A DNA stretch of 37,949 bases from Nitrospinales bacterium (lineage in GTDB: Bacteria > Nitrospinota > Nitrospinia > Nitrospinales > JAJDAT01). Location of the stretch: the NCBI GenBank assembly GCA_046757665.1, contig JBHHYO010000016.1:1-37949 (forward strand), read 5' to 3'. This document shows positions 28,248 through 37,074 of this stretch, piece by piece (positions within the stretch are counted from its first letter, which is position 1; the number at the start of each line of letters is the position of its first letter). A model generated the notes under the pieces. The model made no database searches. It was not told where the DNA came from and worked only from the letters and a program-made list of their open reading frames with translations. The position numbers were made by a program, and so were the translations under genes.

Positions 28248-29669
28248 CTACGAGGTTTGTGCGCGTGGCAGACGTTTCAGAATATAAATATCCCCCGCCA
28301 CGCCTTTCCCCTGTTCCTTGCGGATTTCCGCGGGCGTACACGTTTCGACGGTGAAACCGAATTCCCCGGCCAGCGACCGGATGTGGTTTTGCGAATGAGC
28401 ATAACGTCCGGTAGGACGCAAAACGTAGTCGCCGTCGTCGGCGTGTTCCGTGGAAAAAGCGAAATAGGCCCCGTCGGATGAGGCCTTCTCCACGGCCTGG
28501 AAAACCGGCCGCAAATTGCCGAGGTACACAAAGACGTCCGCGGCGGTGAACAGGTCGTACGTTTCGTCCGCCCGGTTCAGCCACTCGACGAAGTTATCGA
28601 CCCGCAAGTCATCGTAGATGCTTTTTTCCCGCGCCTTGTCGATCATTTTGGGAGAGAGGTCGATACCGTGAAGGGTTTCGGCGATGGGGCGAAAAGCCGT
28701 ACCGCTGAGCCCCGTGCCGCACCCCAGGTCCATAACGCGGCGCGGCGGCGTATGTTTATCTGTGAGCTTGTCGAATTCCCGGCGCAGAAGGGCAGGGGTT
28801 TTGTAGTCGAGCATCTGCGTCAGCTCGCGGTCGAACTTGCCGGCAAACCCGTCAAACAGTTCCTTGATGTATTGAGGAGGCGCGGATTCCGGAGTTTGCC
28901 CCGTCAGCGCCGCCAGCATGTGCGCGGCGGCGGCATTGGCGGGGTCGATTTCCATGACGCGGCGGCAACAGGCGGCCGCTTGCTCCAGTTTCCCCTGATT
29001 GCGGTACAGGGTGGCCAGGTTGCCGTGCGCCTCCGCGTAATCGGGCCGGATGGCGATGGCACGGTCGTAGCAGGCGATGGCCTCCCCCTGTTTGCCCTGT
29101 TCCGTCAGGGCGATGCCGAGGTTGTAATGCGCCTCGGCGTAACCGGGGTCGATCTCGATGGCCCGCCGGTGTGCGGCGACGGCCTCCTCCTGGCGGTCCA
29201 GCTCGCCCAGCGCATGGCCCAGGTTGTTGTGAGCCTGGGCGTAGTCGGGCCGGATGGCGATGGCGTGCCGGTAGCAGGCAATCGCCTCGTCCAGCCGGCC
29301 TTGCAGGGCCAGCGCCTTGCCCAGGTTGTCGTGCGCTTCGGTAAAGTCCGGGTTGAGGGTGACGGCCTGGCGGTAAGCATCGGCGGCCTGTCCCAACCGG
29401 TCTTGCGCGCCGAGCGTATTGCCCAGGTTGTTGTAAGCTTCGGGGAATTCCGGACGCAACTGGATCGCCCGGTTGATCAGCGCGGCGGCGTTTTTGTGGT
29501 CCCCCCCCTGGTAGGCCAGCACGCCGAGAAGATGCAGGGCGTCCGGCTGGTCGGGAACGGTTTTCAGGATTTCGCGGTAAATATATTCCGCTTCTTCCAG
29601 GTCTCCGGACTGGTGACTTTGTACGGCAAGATTGAGCGCATCCTGGATGCTGACGGGTTCACGGTTCAT
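28248..29669 (-). CDS. TPR (7 repeats) + SAM methyltransferase, paralog 3
   Basis: YIKELFD, DLGCGTG, DVFVYLGNL and GRYAHS. ATGA overlap with the upstream paralog. Confidence 0.9.
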   Translation of the reverse strand: MNREPVSIQDALNLAVQSHQSGDLEEAEYIYREILKTVPDQPDALHLLGVLAYQGGDHKNAAALINRAIQLRPEFPEAYNNLGNTLGAQDRLGQAADAYRQAVTLNPDFTEAHDNLGKALALQGRLDEAIACYRHAIAIRPDYAQAHNNLGHALGELDRQEEAVAAHRRAIEIDPGYAEAHYNLGIALTEQGKQGEAIACYDRAIAIRPDYAEAHGNLATLYRNQGKLEQAAACCRRVMEIDPANAAAAHMLAALTGQTPESAPPQYIKELFDGFAGKFDRELTQMLDYKTPALLRREFDKLTDKHTPPRRVMDLGCGTGLSGTAFRPIAETLHGIDLSPKMIDKAREKSIYDDLRVDNFVEWLNRADETYDLFTAADVFVYLGNLRPVFQAVEKASSDGAYFAFSTEHADDGDYVLRPTGRYAHSQNHIRSLAGEFGFTVETCTPAEIRKEQGKGVAGDIYILKRLPRAQTS

Positions 29670-31195
29670 GATTGGGTTTGGTTGGATTGTTTTGTTTTTG
29701 CGAGAATGAAGAGGTCTCCCGGAATGCCCCGGTCCTTTTCCTTGCGCACGTCCACCGACCGGCAGTACTCGATGGAGAAGCCATACCGCTCTGCGAGCGA
29801 CCGGATATACGCCCGCGAGTGCGCGTAGCGTCCGGTAGGACGCAGGATGTAATCGCCTTCCTCAATGCTTTCGTTGGAAAACAGGAAATAGGCGCCGTCG
29901 GCCGCGCAATGGGCCATTGATGCGAAAACAGGTTGCAGGTTGCCCATGTACACGAACACGTCGGTGGCGAGGATCAGATCGAATTTTTCCTCGGTTTGGC
30001 TGACGAATTCGATCAGGTTGCCGACCGAAAGTTCGTCGTAGACACCTTTTTCCCTGGCCTTTTCCACCATTTGAGGAGAGATATCGATGCCGGTCAGCCG
30101 GTCGGCGATGTTGCGGAACTGCACTCCGGCCAGGCCCGTGCCGCATCCCAGGTCGATGGCGTTGTGGAACCGGACGCCTTTTTTCAGCAGGTCGCCGAAT
30201 GCCTGGCGGATCAATGCCGGGACGTCATATTCCAGCACCTCGACCAATTGATGCTCGAATTTTGCGGAGAACAGGTCGAACAGATTTTTGACATATTCCG
30301 GCGGGGTGGATTCCGTGGTTTCTCCGGTCAGGGCGGCCAGCATGTGGCGCGCCGAACTGTTGTCCGGATCGATCTCGGCGACGCGCCGGTAACAGGCGAT
30401 GGCTTCGTCCAGTTTGCCCTGGTCTCCGAAGGCGATGGCGAGGTTATGGTGGACGCTGGTGAAATCCGGCTTGATGGCGATGGCCCGCTGATAGGCGCTT
30501 ACCGCTTCGTCCAGCCGGTTCAGGTCGGCGAGGGTCGTGCCCAGATTGTAGTAGGGCTCGGCGAAGTTCGGGTCGATGGCGATGGCGCGCCGGTAGCTTG
30601 CCATCGCTTCCTGCGTTTTGCCTTGGGCGGCCAGGGCGATGCCGAGGTTGTTGTACGCGCCGGGGAAATTCGGAATCACCGACAGCGCCTGCCGGCTACA
30701 GGCGATGGCTTCGTCCAGCCGACCCAGGTCGGTGAGCAGTTTGCCGAGGTTGTTGTGCGCCGGGGCGAATTCCGGCAGGAGGCTGACGGCGTGCCGGTAG
30801 CAGGCCAGGGCTTCTTCCGGTTTGCCTTGCTCCCGAAGTGCGTTACCGAGGTTGTTGTGAGCTTCGATGAAGTTCGGGGTGAGGTCGATGGCGCGCCGGA
30901 AAGCGCTGACCGCCTCTTCCCACCGGCCTGCCGCGGTGAAGGCGTTGCCAAGGTTGTACCAGGCTCCGGAATCGTTTGGTTCGATGTGCAGTGCCTTGTC
31001 GATCATTTCGATGGCGGTGGCGGCTTCCCCCGATTGGTACGCCAGCAGGCCGAGCATGTGGAAAGCCCCGGCATGGTGTGGGGACGTTTCCAGAATGTTC
31101 CGGTACAAGGCCGCGGCTTCATCCAGCCGCCCGGCCTTGTGGTGCTGGAGGGCGAGGTCGAATGCCTCCCGGGGGTTGTCGGGCCGGTCGCTCAT
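29666..31195 (-). CDS. TPR (8 repeats) + SAM methyltransferase, paralog 4
   Basis: Start MSDRPDN at an ATGA overlap (31192-31195); YVKNLFD, DLGCGTG and GRYAHS. Confidence 0.9.
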   Translation of the reverse strand: MSDRPDNPREAFDLALQHHKAGRLDEAAALYRNILETSPHHAGAFHMLGLLAYQSGEAATAIEMIDKALHIEPNDSGAWYNLGNAFTAAGRWEEAVSAFRRAIDLTPNFIEAHNNLGNALREQGKPEEALACYRHAVSLLPEFAPAHNNLGKLLTDLGRLDEAIACSRQALSVIPNFPGAYNNLGIALAAQGKTQEAMASYRRAIAIDPNFAEPYYNLGTTLADLNRLDEAVSAYQRAIAIKPDFTSVHHNLAIAFGDQGKLDEAIACYRRVAEIDPDNSSARHMLAALTGETTESTPPEYVKNLFDLFSAKFEHQLVEVLEYDVPALIRQAFGDLLKKGVRFHNAIDLGCGTGLAGVQFRNIADRLTGIDISPQMVEKAREKGVYDELSVGNLIEFVSQTEEKFDLILATDVFVYMGNLQPVFASMAHCAADGAYFLFSNESIEEGDYILRPTGRYAHSRAYIRSLAERYGFSIEYCRSVDVRKEKDRGIPGDLFILAKTKQSNQTQS

Positions 31196-32904
31196 GAGGT
31201 GTGGCTCTCCTCCGCCGCGGCATCGGTTTTTCTCAGGACATAAATGTCTCCGGTGACCCACCGGCCCCTGTCCAGGCGCATGTCCACCGACCGGCACGAC
31301 TCGACGGCGAAACCGTGGTCCCGTGCCAGGGAGCGGATGTAATCCCGCGAGTGAGCGTAATGCCCGTTGTGTTTCATACTGAAATCGCCTTGGGCGCCGC
31401 TTTCCGTAGAAAACACGAAAAGCGCGTCCCGCGCCGCGCAATTGCCGACGGCATGGAAAACAGGTTGCAGGTTTCCCAGGAGGGAAAAGACGTCGGCGGC
31501 GGCGATTAAATCATATTTTTCGCCGGAACCTTTGGAAAAATCCATGATATCGGCGACCTGCAAGTGATCGTAAATGCCCTTGGCTCTTGTTATCTTGATC
31601 ATTTTAGGCGAAATGTCGATGCCGCTCAAGCGCTGGGCGATATTGCGGATGGTCGCTCCGAGCAATCCCGCGCCGCATCCCAGGTCGATGGCATTTTCAA
31701 ACCGTTTGCCGTTGCGCAGTTTGTCGATCTCCCGTTTTAGCAGGTGCGAGGCTTTTGTGGGGAGTTTGTCTTCTTGCGGCGTTTCGTTCGAGCCCTGCGG
31801 TTGCGTCGCTCCCGGGGGCGCGAGGGTGTTGGTGAGTGTCTCCAGGAAATGGTTCGCCGAGGGGTTGGAAGGGTCTATCTCTATGGCGCGGCGCGCCGCG
31901 GCCTCGGCTTTTTTGAACTCCCCTTCACTGGCGAGCGCCAGGCCCAGGTGAAAATGGGCATCGGCGTAATTTGCGTCGATGCCGATGGCGCATTGGAAGG
32001 CGGCGACGGCCTCTCCGGGTTTGCCCCGGTTGCCCAGCGCCTTGCCCAGGTTGAGGTACGCTTCGGCAAAATCCGGACGGAGGGCGGTGGCCCGGCGGAA
32101 AGCATCGGCGGCCTCCTCCGACCGGCCCCGGGCGCCGAGGGCGTTTCCCAGGCCATGGTGCGCGTCGGCATCGCCTGGGTTGAGTTCGACGGCCCGTCGA
32201 AGGCAGGGAATGGCTTCTTCCGCCTTGCCTTGTTCCAAAAGCGCGTTTCCCAGGTTGTAATGCGCGGCGGCGAAATTCGGCATCAGGAGCGTAGCCTGGC
32301 GGTAGGCGTCGACAGCTTCCTGTGGTTTGTCCTGGTCGCCGAGCGTTTTGCCGAGGTTGTACCAGGCTTCCGCGGCGTTCGGGTCGAGGGCGACGGTTTG
32401 CCGCAAGGCGTCGGCGGCTTCGTCCAGTCTTCCCTGGGCGCCCAGCGCCAGGCCCAGGTTGTGGTGGGCTTCGGCGAAGTCCGGTCTGAGGTCGGCGGCC
32501 CGGCGGCATTGGGCGGCGGCTTCCGCCGGCTGGCCCAGGTGGGCCAGCGCCTTGCCCAGGTTGTTGTGCGCCTCCGCGAAGCCGGGGCGCAGGACGAGAA
32601 CCCGCCGGTAGCAGGCGATGGCCTCTTGTAGTCGCCCCCGCTCACCCAGGGCGTTGCCGAGGGTGAAGCGCGCCTCGACAAAATCGGGGTCGATCCGCAA
32701 TGCTTTCTCAAGCGCTTCGATGGCGGCATCCGGTTTTCCCAACTGCGTGCAAACCATTCCCAGCAAGTGCAGGGTGTCGGTGTTGTCGGGCGCGGCGCGG
32801 AGAATGTCCCGATAAAGCCGTTCCGCTTCTTCCAGCCGCCCCGCCCGGTGGCGGCTGACGGCAAAGTCGAGCGATGCCTGAAGATTTGTCGATGGATTAT
32901 TCAT
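31192..32904 (-). CDS. TPR (10 repeats) + divergent SAM methyltransferase, paralog 5
   Basis: Start MNNPST at an ATGA overlap (32901-32904). DLGCGAG is present but the YVKxLFD segment is missing. Confidence 0.88.
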   Translation of the reverse strand: MNNPSTNLQASLDFAVSRHRAGRLEEAERLYRDILRAAPDNTDTLHLLGMVCTQLGKPDAAIEALEKALRIDPDFVEARFTLGNALGERGRLQEAIACYRRVLVLRPGFAEAHNNLGKALAHLGQPAEAAAQCRRAADLRPDFAEAHHNLGLALGAQGRLDEAADALRQTVALDPNAAEAWYNLGKTLGDQDKPQEAVDAYRQATLLMPNFAAAHYNLGNALLEQGKAEEAIPCLRRAVELNPGDADAHHGLGNALGARGRSEEAADAFRRATALRPDFAEAYLNLGKALGNRGKPGEAVAAFQCAIGIDANYADAHFHLGLALASEGEFKKAEAAARRAIEIDPSNPSANHFLETLTNTLAPPGATQPQGSNETPQEDKLPTKASHLLKREIDKLRNGKRFENAIDLGCGAGLLGATIRNIAQRLSGIDISPKMIKITRAKGIYDHLQVADIMDFSKGSGEKYDLIAAADVFSLLGNLQPVFHAVGNCAARDALFVFSTESGAQGDFSMKHNGHYAHSRDYIRSLARDHGFAVESCRSVDMRLDRGRWVTGDIYVLRKTDAAAEESHTS

Positions 32905-34739
32905 GCCAACCCGCCCGGCGGGCGCCCGGTTTTGCGAAGAACGAACAGGTCGCCCGCAACCCACTGGCCCTTGTCCTTTCTGATGTTCTCCCGGCGGCAG
33001 GTCTCGACGGCGAAGCCGAACGCGACGGCCAGGGATTCAATATAGCCGCGTGAATGCGTGAAGCGTCCGGTGGGACGCAGAATGTAATCTCCGTCGTCGG
33101 AGCTTTCGGTCGAAAACACGAAATAAGCCCCCTTGGCGGCGCAGTGCTGAACGGCGTTGAACACAGCGCGCAGGTTTCCCAGATAAACCAGGACATCGAC
33201 GGCGGCGATGAGGTGGTATGTTGCCGTGGCCGAGGCGTTGAGAAATTCGATGAAGTCGCCGACGCGCAGGTCGTCATAGACGTTTTTCTCACGAGCCTTG
33301 GCGACCATTTTGGGGGAGAGGTCGATGCCTTGCAGGCGGTGGGCGATGGTTCGGAATTCCGCGCCGCTGAGTCCCGTGCCGCATCCCAGGTCGATGGCGT
33401 TTTCAAAAAAGGCCTGTCCGTCGAACAGCCGGTCCAGTGTCTCGCGCAACAACCGGGGAGTCCGGTATTCCAGGTTGTCCACGAGTTGCCGGTCGAACTT
33501 TCCGGAGAACCCGTCGAACAGGTCCTTGACGTATTGCGGCGAGGCCGACTCCAGAGTCTGCCCCGTCAGGGCCGCCAGCATGTGCCTGGCTGAAGCGTTG
33601 TCGGGGTTGAGTTCCACGGCGCGGCGGTAGGCGGCGGTGGCTTCCTCCGGTTTGCCCAGGTCGCCGAGGGCGATGCCCAGGTTGAAATACGCATCGGCAA
33701 AATCCGGACGGAGGGCGGTGGCCCGGCGGAAAGCATCGGCGGCCTCCTGCAATGCATTGTTTTCGACGAGGACGACGCCGAGGTTGTTGTGAGCCTCGGC
33801 ATAGTCGGGGTTGATGGCAATGGCGCGGCGGTAGGCGTCCGCGGCTTCCTTCGATTGGCCCATGTCGCCGAGGGCCTTGCCGAGGTTGTTGTGGGCCTCG
33901 GCGGAATCCGGTTTCAGTTCCGCGGCGCGTCGGCAGGCATCGACAGCTTCCTTCGCTTGGCCCAGGCCGCCCAGCGCGATGCCGAGGTTGAAATGCGCGT
34001 CGGCGAAATCCGGGCGGATAGCGATGGCGCGACGGTAATTCTCCACCGCTTCGTCCGGTTTGTTTTGCCGGGCGAGGACGTTGCCGAGATTGTAGAGAGC
34101 TTCGGGATAGTTGGGTTCGATGGCGATGGCGCGGCGATGAGCCTCGACGGCTTCGTCCAGTTCGCCCAGGTCGGCGAGCGCGGCGCCGATATTCTGGTGG
34201 ACTTCGGCGAAGTCGGGGGCGAGGGCGACAGCACGGCGGAACGCTTCGATGGCGGTCCGCGTTTTGCCCTGCTCGTGCAAGGCCTTGCCGAGGCTGTTGT
34301 GCGCGTCGACGAGGCTGGGGTCGATGGCGATGGCGCGGTGAAACGCCTCGACCGCCGCTGTCGTCTCGCCTTGATGGGCAAGCATTTTGCCGAGGTGATG
34401 ATGCGCCCCGGCGAGGTTGGGGTCGATGGCGATGGCGCGGCGGAATGCCTCGACTGCCGCATCCGTCTTGCCTTGCTCTCCCAGCGCGTTGCCCAGGTTG
34501 TAGTGGGCGTCGGCAAACTCGGGATGAATGTGGATCGCTTTGCCTATCAATTCGACGGCATGGTCGTAATTGCCCAACTGGGACAAGAGCGTGCCCAGCA
34601 GATGCAGGGTGTTGACTTCTTCAGGCGCAACTTTCAGGATTTCCCCGTAGATGTGCTCCGCTTCTTTCAGTCTTCCCGCCTGATGGTGCTTGACGGCCAG
34701 GTTGAGCGCATCTTGAAGGTTGAAGGCTTGGTTATTCAT
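32901..34739 (-). CDS. TPR (11 repeats) + SAM methyltransferase, paralog 6
   Basis: YVKDLFD, DLGCGTG and GRFTHS. Start is 34739 or 34745; the latter abuts the upstream TGA. Confidence 0.9.
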   Translation of the reverse strand: MNNQAFNLQDALNLAVKHHQAGRLKEAEHIYGEILKVAPEEVNTLHLLGTLLSQLGNYDHAVELIGKAIHIHPEFADAHYNLGNALGEQGKTDAAVEAFRRAIAIDPNLAGAHHHLGKMLAHQGETTAAVEAFHRAIAIDPSLVDAHNSLGKALHEQGKTRTAIEAFRRAVALAPDFAEVHQNIGAALADLGELDEAVEAHRRAIAIEPNYPEALYNLGNVLARQNKPDEAVENYRRAIAIRPDFADAHFNLGIALGGLGQAKEAVDACRRAAELKPDSAEAHNNLGKALGDMGQSKEAADAYRRAIAINPDYAEAHNNLGVVLVENNALQEAADAFRRATALRPDFADAYFNLGIALGDLGKPEEATAAYRRAVELNPDNASARHMLAALTGQTLESASPQYVKDLFDGFSGKFDRQLVDNLEYRTPRLLRETLDRLFDGQAFFENAIDLGCGTGLSGAEFRTIAHRLQGIDLSPKMVAKAREKNVYDDLRVGDFIEFLNASATATYHLIAAVDVLVYLGNLRAVFNAVQHCAAKGAYFVFSTESSDDGDYILRPTGRFTHSRGYIESLAVAFGFAVETCRRENIRKDKGQWVAGDLFVLRKTGRPPGGLA

Positions 34740-34745
34740 TTTCAT

Positions 34746-36164
34746 TCAGTCGGCGGTCTTGTCGGTTTTGCGCAGAACGAACAGGTTGCCCGTAACCCAT
34801 TGACCGCGGTCCTTGCGGATATTCGCCGGGCGGCAGACCTCGACGTCGAACCCGCATTGCCGCGCCAGGGACTCGATATAATCGCGGGAATGGGTGAACC
34901 GTCCGGTGTCGGACAAAACATAATCGTGGTCGCCGGCGCTACTTTCCGTGGAGAATGTGAAATACGCCCCGCCGGAGGCGCGTGTTTCGATGGCATGGAA
35001 AACCGGCTCCAGATTGCCCACATAACCGAAGACATCGGCCGCGAGGATCAGGTCGTAGGTTTCATCCGTCGTGTTGAGGATTTCGACCATGTCACCGACG
35101 CGCAGGTCGTCATAGACGTTTTTCTCACGAGCCTTGGCGGCCATTTTGGGGGAAATATCGATCCCGCACAGGCGGTCGGCGATGGGTCGGAACTCGACGC
35201 CACTCAACCCCGTGCCGCATCCCAGGTCGAGGACGTTGCGAAAGCGGGCCTCGCCGTTGATGATTTCGGCAAAGGCGCGGCGTAACAGAGCCGGTGTTTG
35301 ATACTGCAATCTCTCCAGCAAGTGCCGGTCGAACTGGGCGGAATAGCCGTCAAACAGGTTTTTGACGTATTCCAGGGGCGCGGTTTTGGGCCGCTCTCCG
35401 GTCACGGCGTCCAGCAGAAACTTTGCCGCGGTGTTGCCGGGCTCCAGTTCCAGGACGCGGCGGTAGGCGTCCGCGGCTTCGTCATGTTTCCCCAGTCCTT
35501 GCAGTGCCGCGCCCAGGTTGTAGTGCGCTTTTGCGAGGTCGTCGATTTCGAGTACGCGGCGGTAATAGGGAATCGCCTCTCCGTACTTGCCTTGGTCCTT
35601 GAGCGCCACGCCGAGGTTGAAAAGCGCTTCCACGTGGTTCGGCTGGATGGCAACGGCGCGCTGGTAGGCGGCCTCGGCTTCCTGGGGGTTGTTTTGGTCC
35701 ATGAGCAGATTCCCCAGGTCGCAACAGACGTCGGCCTGGCCGGGGTTGACGGCGATGGCGCGCCGGTAGGCGGACGCGGCCTCGCGCGGCTTGTCCTCCA
35801 GGGCCAGCGCCTTGCCCAGGCTGTAATGGGCCTCGAAATAATCCGGATTGAGGGCCACGGCGCGCCGGTAGGAGGTTATGGCTTCGCCCAGTCGGCCCTG
35901 TTCTCCGAACGTACTGCCCAGGTTGTAGTGTGCTTCGGCAAAATCCGGCGCGGCTTGAATGACTTTGCCTATCAGTTCCATGGCGGTTTCATATTTTCCT
36001 AACTGGGACGAAAGCACGCCCAGTAAATACAAGGTGTCCAAATGACCGGGGGAATTTTGCAAGATGTCCCGGTAAAGATTTTCCGCTTCCTCCAACTGTC
36101 CTGCCTGATGGCGGCTGAGGGCCAGGTCAAGCGTCTTTTGCAGGTTGTTGGCTTGCGGGTTCAT
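34746..36164 (-). CDS. TPR (7 repeats) + SAM methyltransferase, paralog 7
   Basis: YVKNLFD, DLGCGTG and GRFTHS. First gene of the five-gene coupled run. Confidence 0.9.
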   Translation of the reverse strand: MNPQANNLQKTLDLALSRHQAGQLEEAENLYRDILQNSPGHLDTLYLLGVLSSQLGKYETAMELIGKVIQAAPDFAEAHYNLGSTFGEQGRLGEAITSYRRAVALNPDYFEAHYSLGKALALEDKPREAASAYRRAIAVNPGQADVCCDLGNLLMDQNNPQEAEAAYQRAVAIQPNHVEALFNLGVALKDQGKYGEAIPYYRRVLEIDDLAKAHYNLGAALQGLGKHDEAADAYRRVLELEPGNTAAKFLLDAVTGERPKTAPLEYVKNLFDGYSAQFDRHLLERLQYQTPALLRRAFAEIINGEARFRNVLDLGCGTGLSGVEFRPIADRLCGIDISPKMAAKAREKNVYDDLRVGDMVEILNTTDETYDLILAADVFGYVGNLEPVFHAIETRASGGAYFTFSTESSAGDHDYVLSDTGRFTHSRDYIESLARQCGFDVEVCRPANIRKDRGQWVTGNLFVLRKTDKTAD

Positions 36165-36201
36165 AAATAAAGATCGACTTTTGGATGACGCGGTTGCGAT
36201 G

Positions 36202-36210
36202 ATTTTATCA
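36202..36210 (-). promoter_or_regulatory. Candidate extended -10 element for the five-gene TPR-MTase operon
   Basis: TGATAAAAT about 40 nt upstream of the ATG at 36164; no good -35. Confidence 0.4.
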
Positions 36211-36294
36211 CGTTAGCGGAAAAGGCATCAGCTTAAATTTTTGCCCGCGAAAACGGGGTGTGCTCTTCGGAAACACAGATGCGGAGCGCTGTTT

Positions 36295-37023
36295 TCAGGC
36301 CCGGTGTTTTTTTTTGTTTTTTTCTTTCCAGAGGATCAGCCAGTGTTGCAACAGGCGTAGCGGCTGGGTGCCCTTGAATTTTCGACGCATGAACTTGGGG
36401 GTTTTATCGTGTTGCAGTCTGGCGATTGCAGTGGCGGCGGCGGTTTCTTCCAGCCAAACCCCGCGCTGGGCGTGTTCCAGGTTTTTGGAAACGCAGGCAT
36501 CGCGGAAAGCCACCACCAGCCGGCAGTCCAGAGGCCGGTCCTCGTAAATGATACAGCTTTGCTCCCCGTCCAGAAACGGGCAGGGCTGGTTGATTACCAA
36601 GCGATGCCAGTTGATCGTTTCGAGGTTTGTTGCGGATTTCAAGGCTTGCCGGACCCGGTCGATGGATTTGGCGGCGCCGGCGATGACCGCGTTCAGGTCG
36701 ATGTTTTTTTTTCGGGCGGCGTTGACGATGCCTTCCCATTCGATTTGGGTGACGGAAACGCCGGTGTGGCAACAATGGGCGCAACCCCGGCCGCATTTCA
36801 GGGCGGGAGTTTCCGTGGCAAAGGCCTGGTCGAGCGCGGCCCAGAGCCCTTGAAGAGGTGAGACGCCATCCGCCCTTGCCCGTGCCTTGGCCTCGTGAAG
36901 CAGACGGTCGTATGCGGCCTGAATTTCCTCCTGCGTGAACTTCCGGCGCAGGTAGACTTTGAGTTCCTCATCGTCCGTCATCCCGCGGATGAACAGGCCG
37001 TTATGATCCGTTTGCAGAGCCAT
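36295..37023 (-). CDS. YkgJ-family (CxxxCxxCC) Zn/Fe-S cysteine-cluster protein
   Basis: CGRGCAHCC ... CPFL ... CIIYEDRPLDCR. Confidence 0.85.
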   Translation of the reverse strand: MALQTDHNGLFIRGMTDDEELKVYLRRKFTQEEIQAAYDRLLHEAKARARADGVSPLQGLWAALDQAFATETPALKCGRGCAHCCHTGVSVTQIEWEGIVNAARKKNIDLNAVIAGAAKSIDRVRQALKSATNLETINWHRLVINQPCPFLDGEQSCIIYEDRPLDCRLVVAFRDACVSKNLEHAQRGVWLEETAAATAIARLQHDKTPKFMRRKFKGTQPLRLLQHWLILWKEKNKKKHRA

Positions 37024-37074
37024 GATGGAAAATCCCGGCGGTGGTCCGGGGGTTGTGGAGGCGCCGAATGCGGG

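Noticed and set aside
31196-31441. Long N-terminal extensions in the ORF track (31441, 32964, 26300, 10916, 1663, 21635)
   Set aside because: Most overlap neighbouring genes; downstream starts fit RBS, ATGA overlaps or paralog alignment better.
24458-36164. TPR repeats as a CRISPR array or diversity-generating retroelement
   Set aside because: The repeats are 102-bp degenerate coding units. No repeat-spacer pattern, reverse transcriptase or adenine-specific TR/VR pair was seen.
24458-36164. Restriction-modification DNA methyltransferases
   Set aside because: No DPPY/NPPY or PC catalytic motifs and no nuclease gene nearby.
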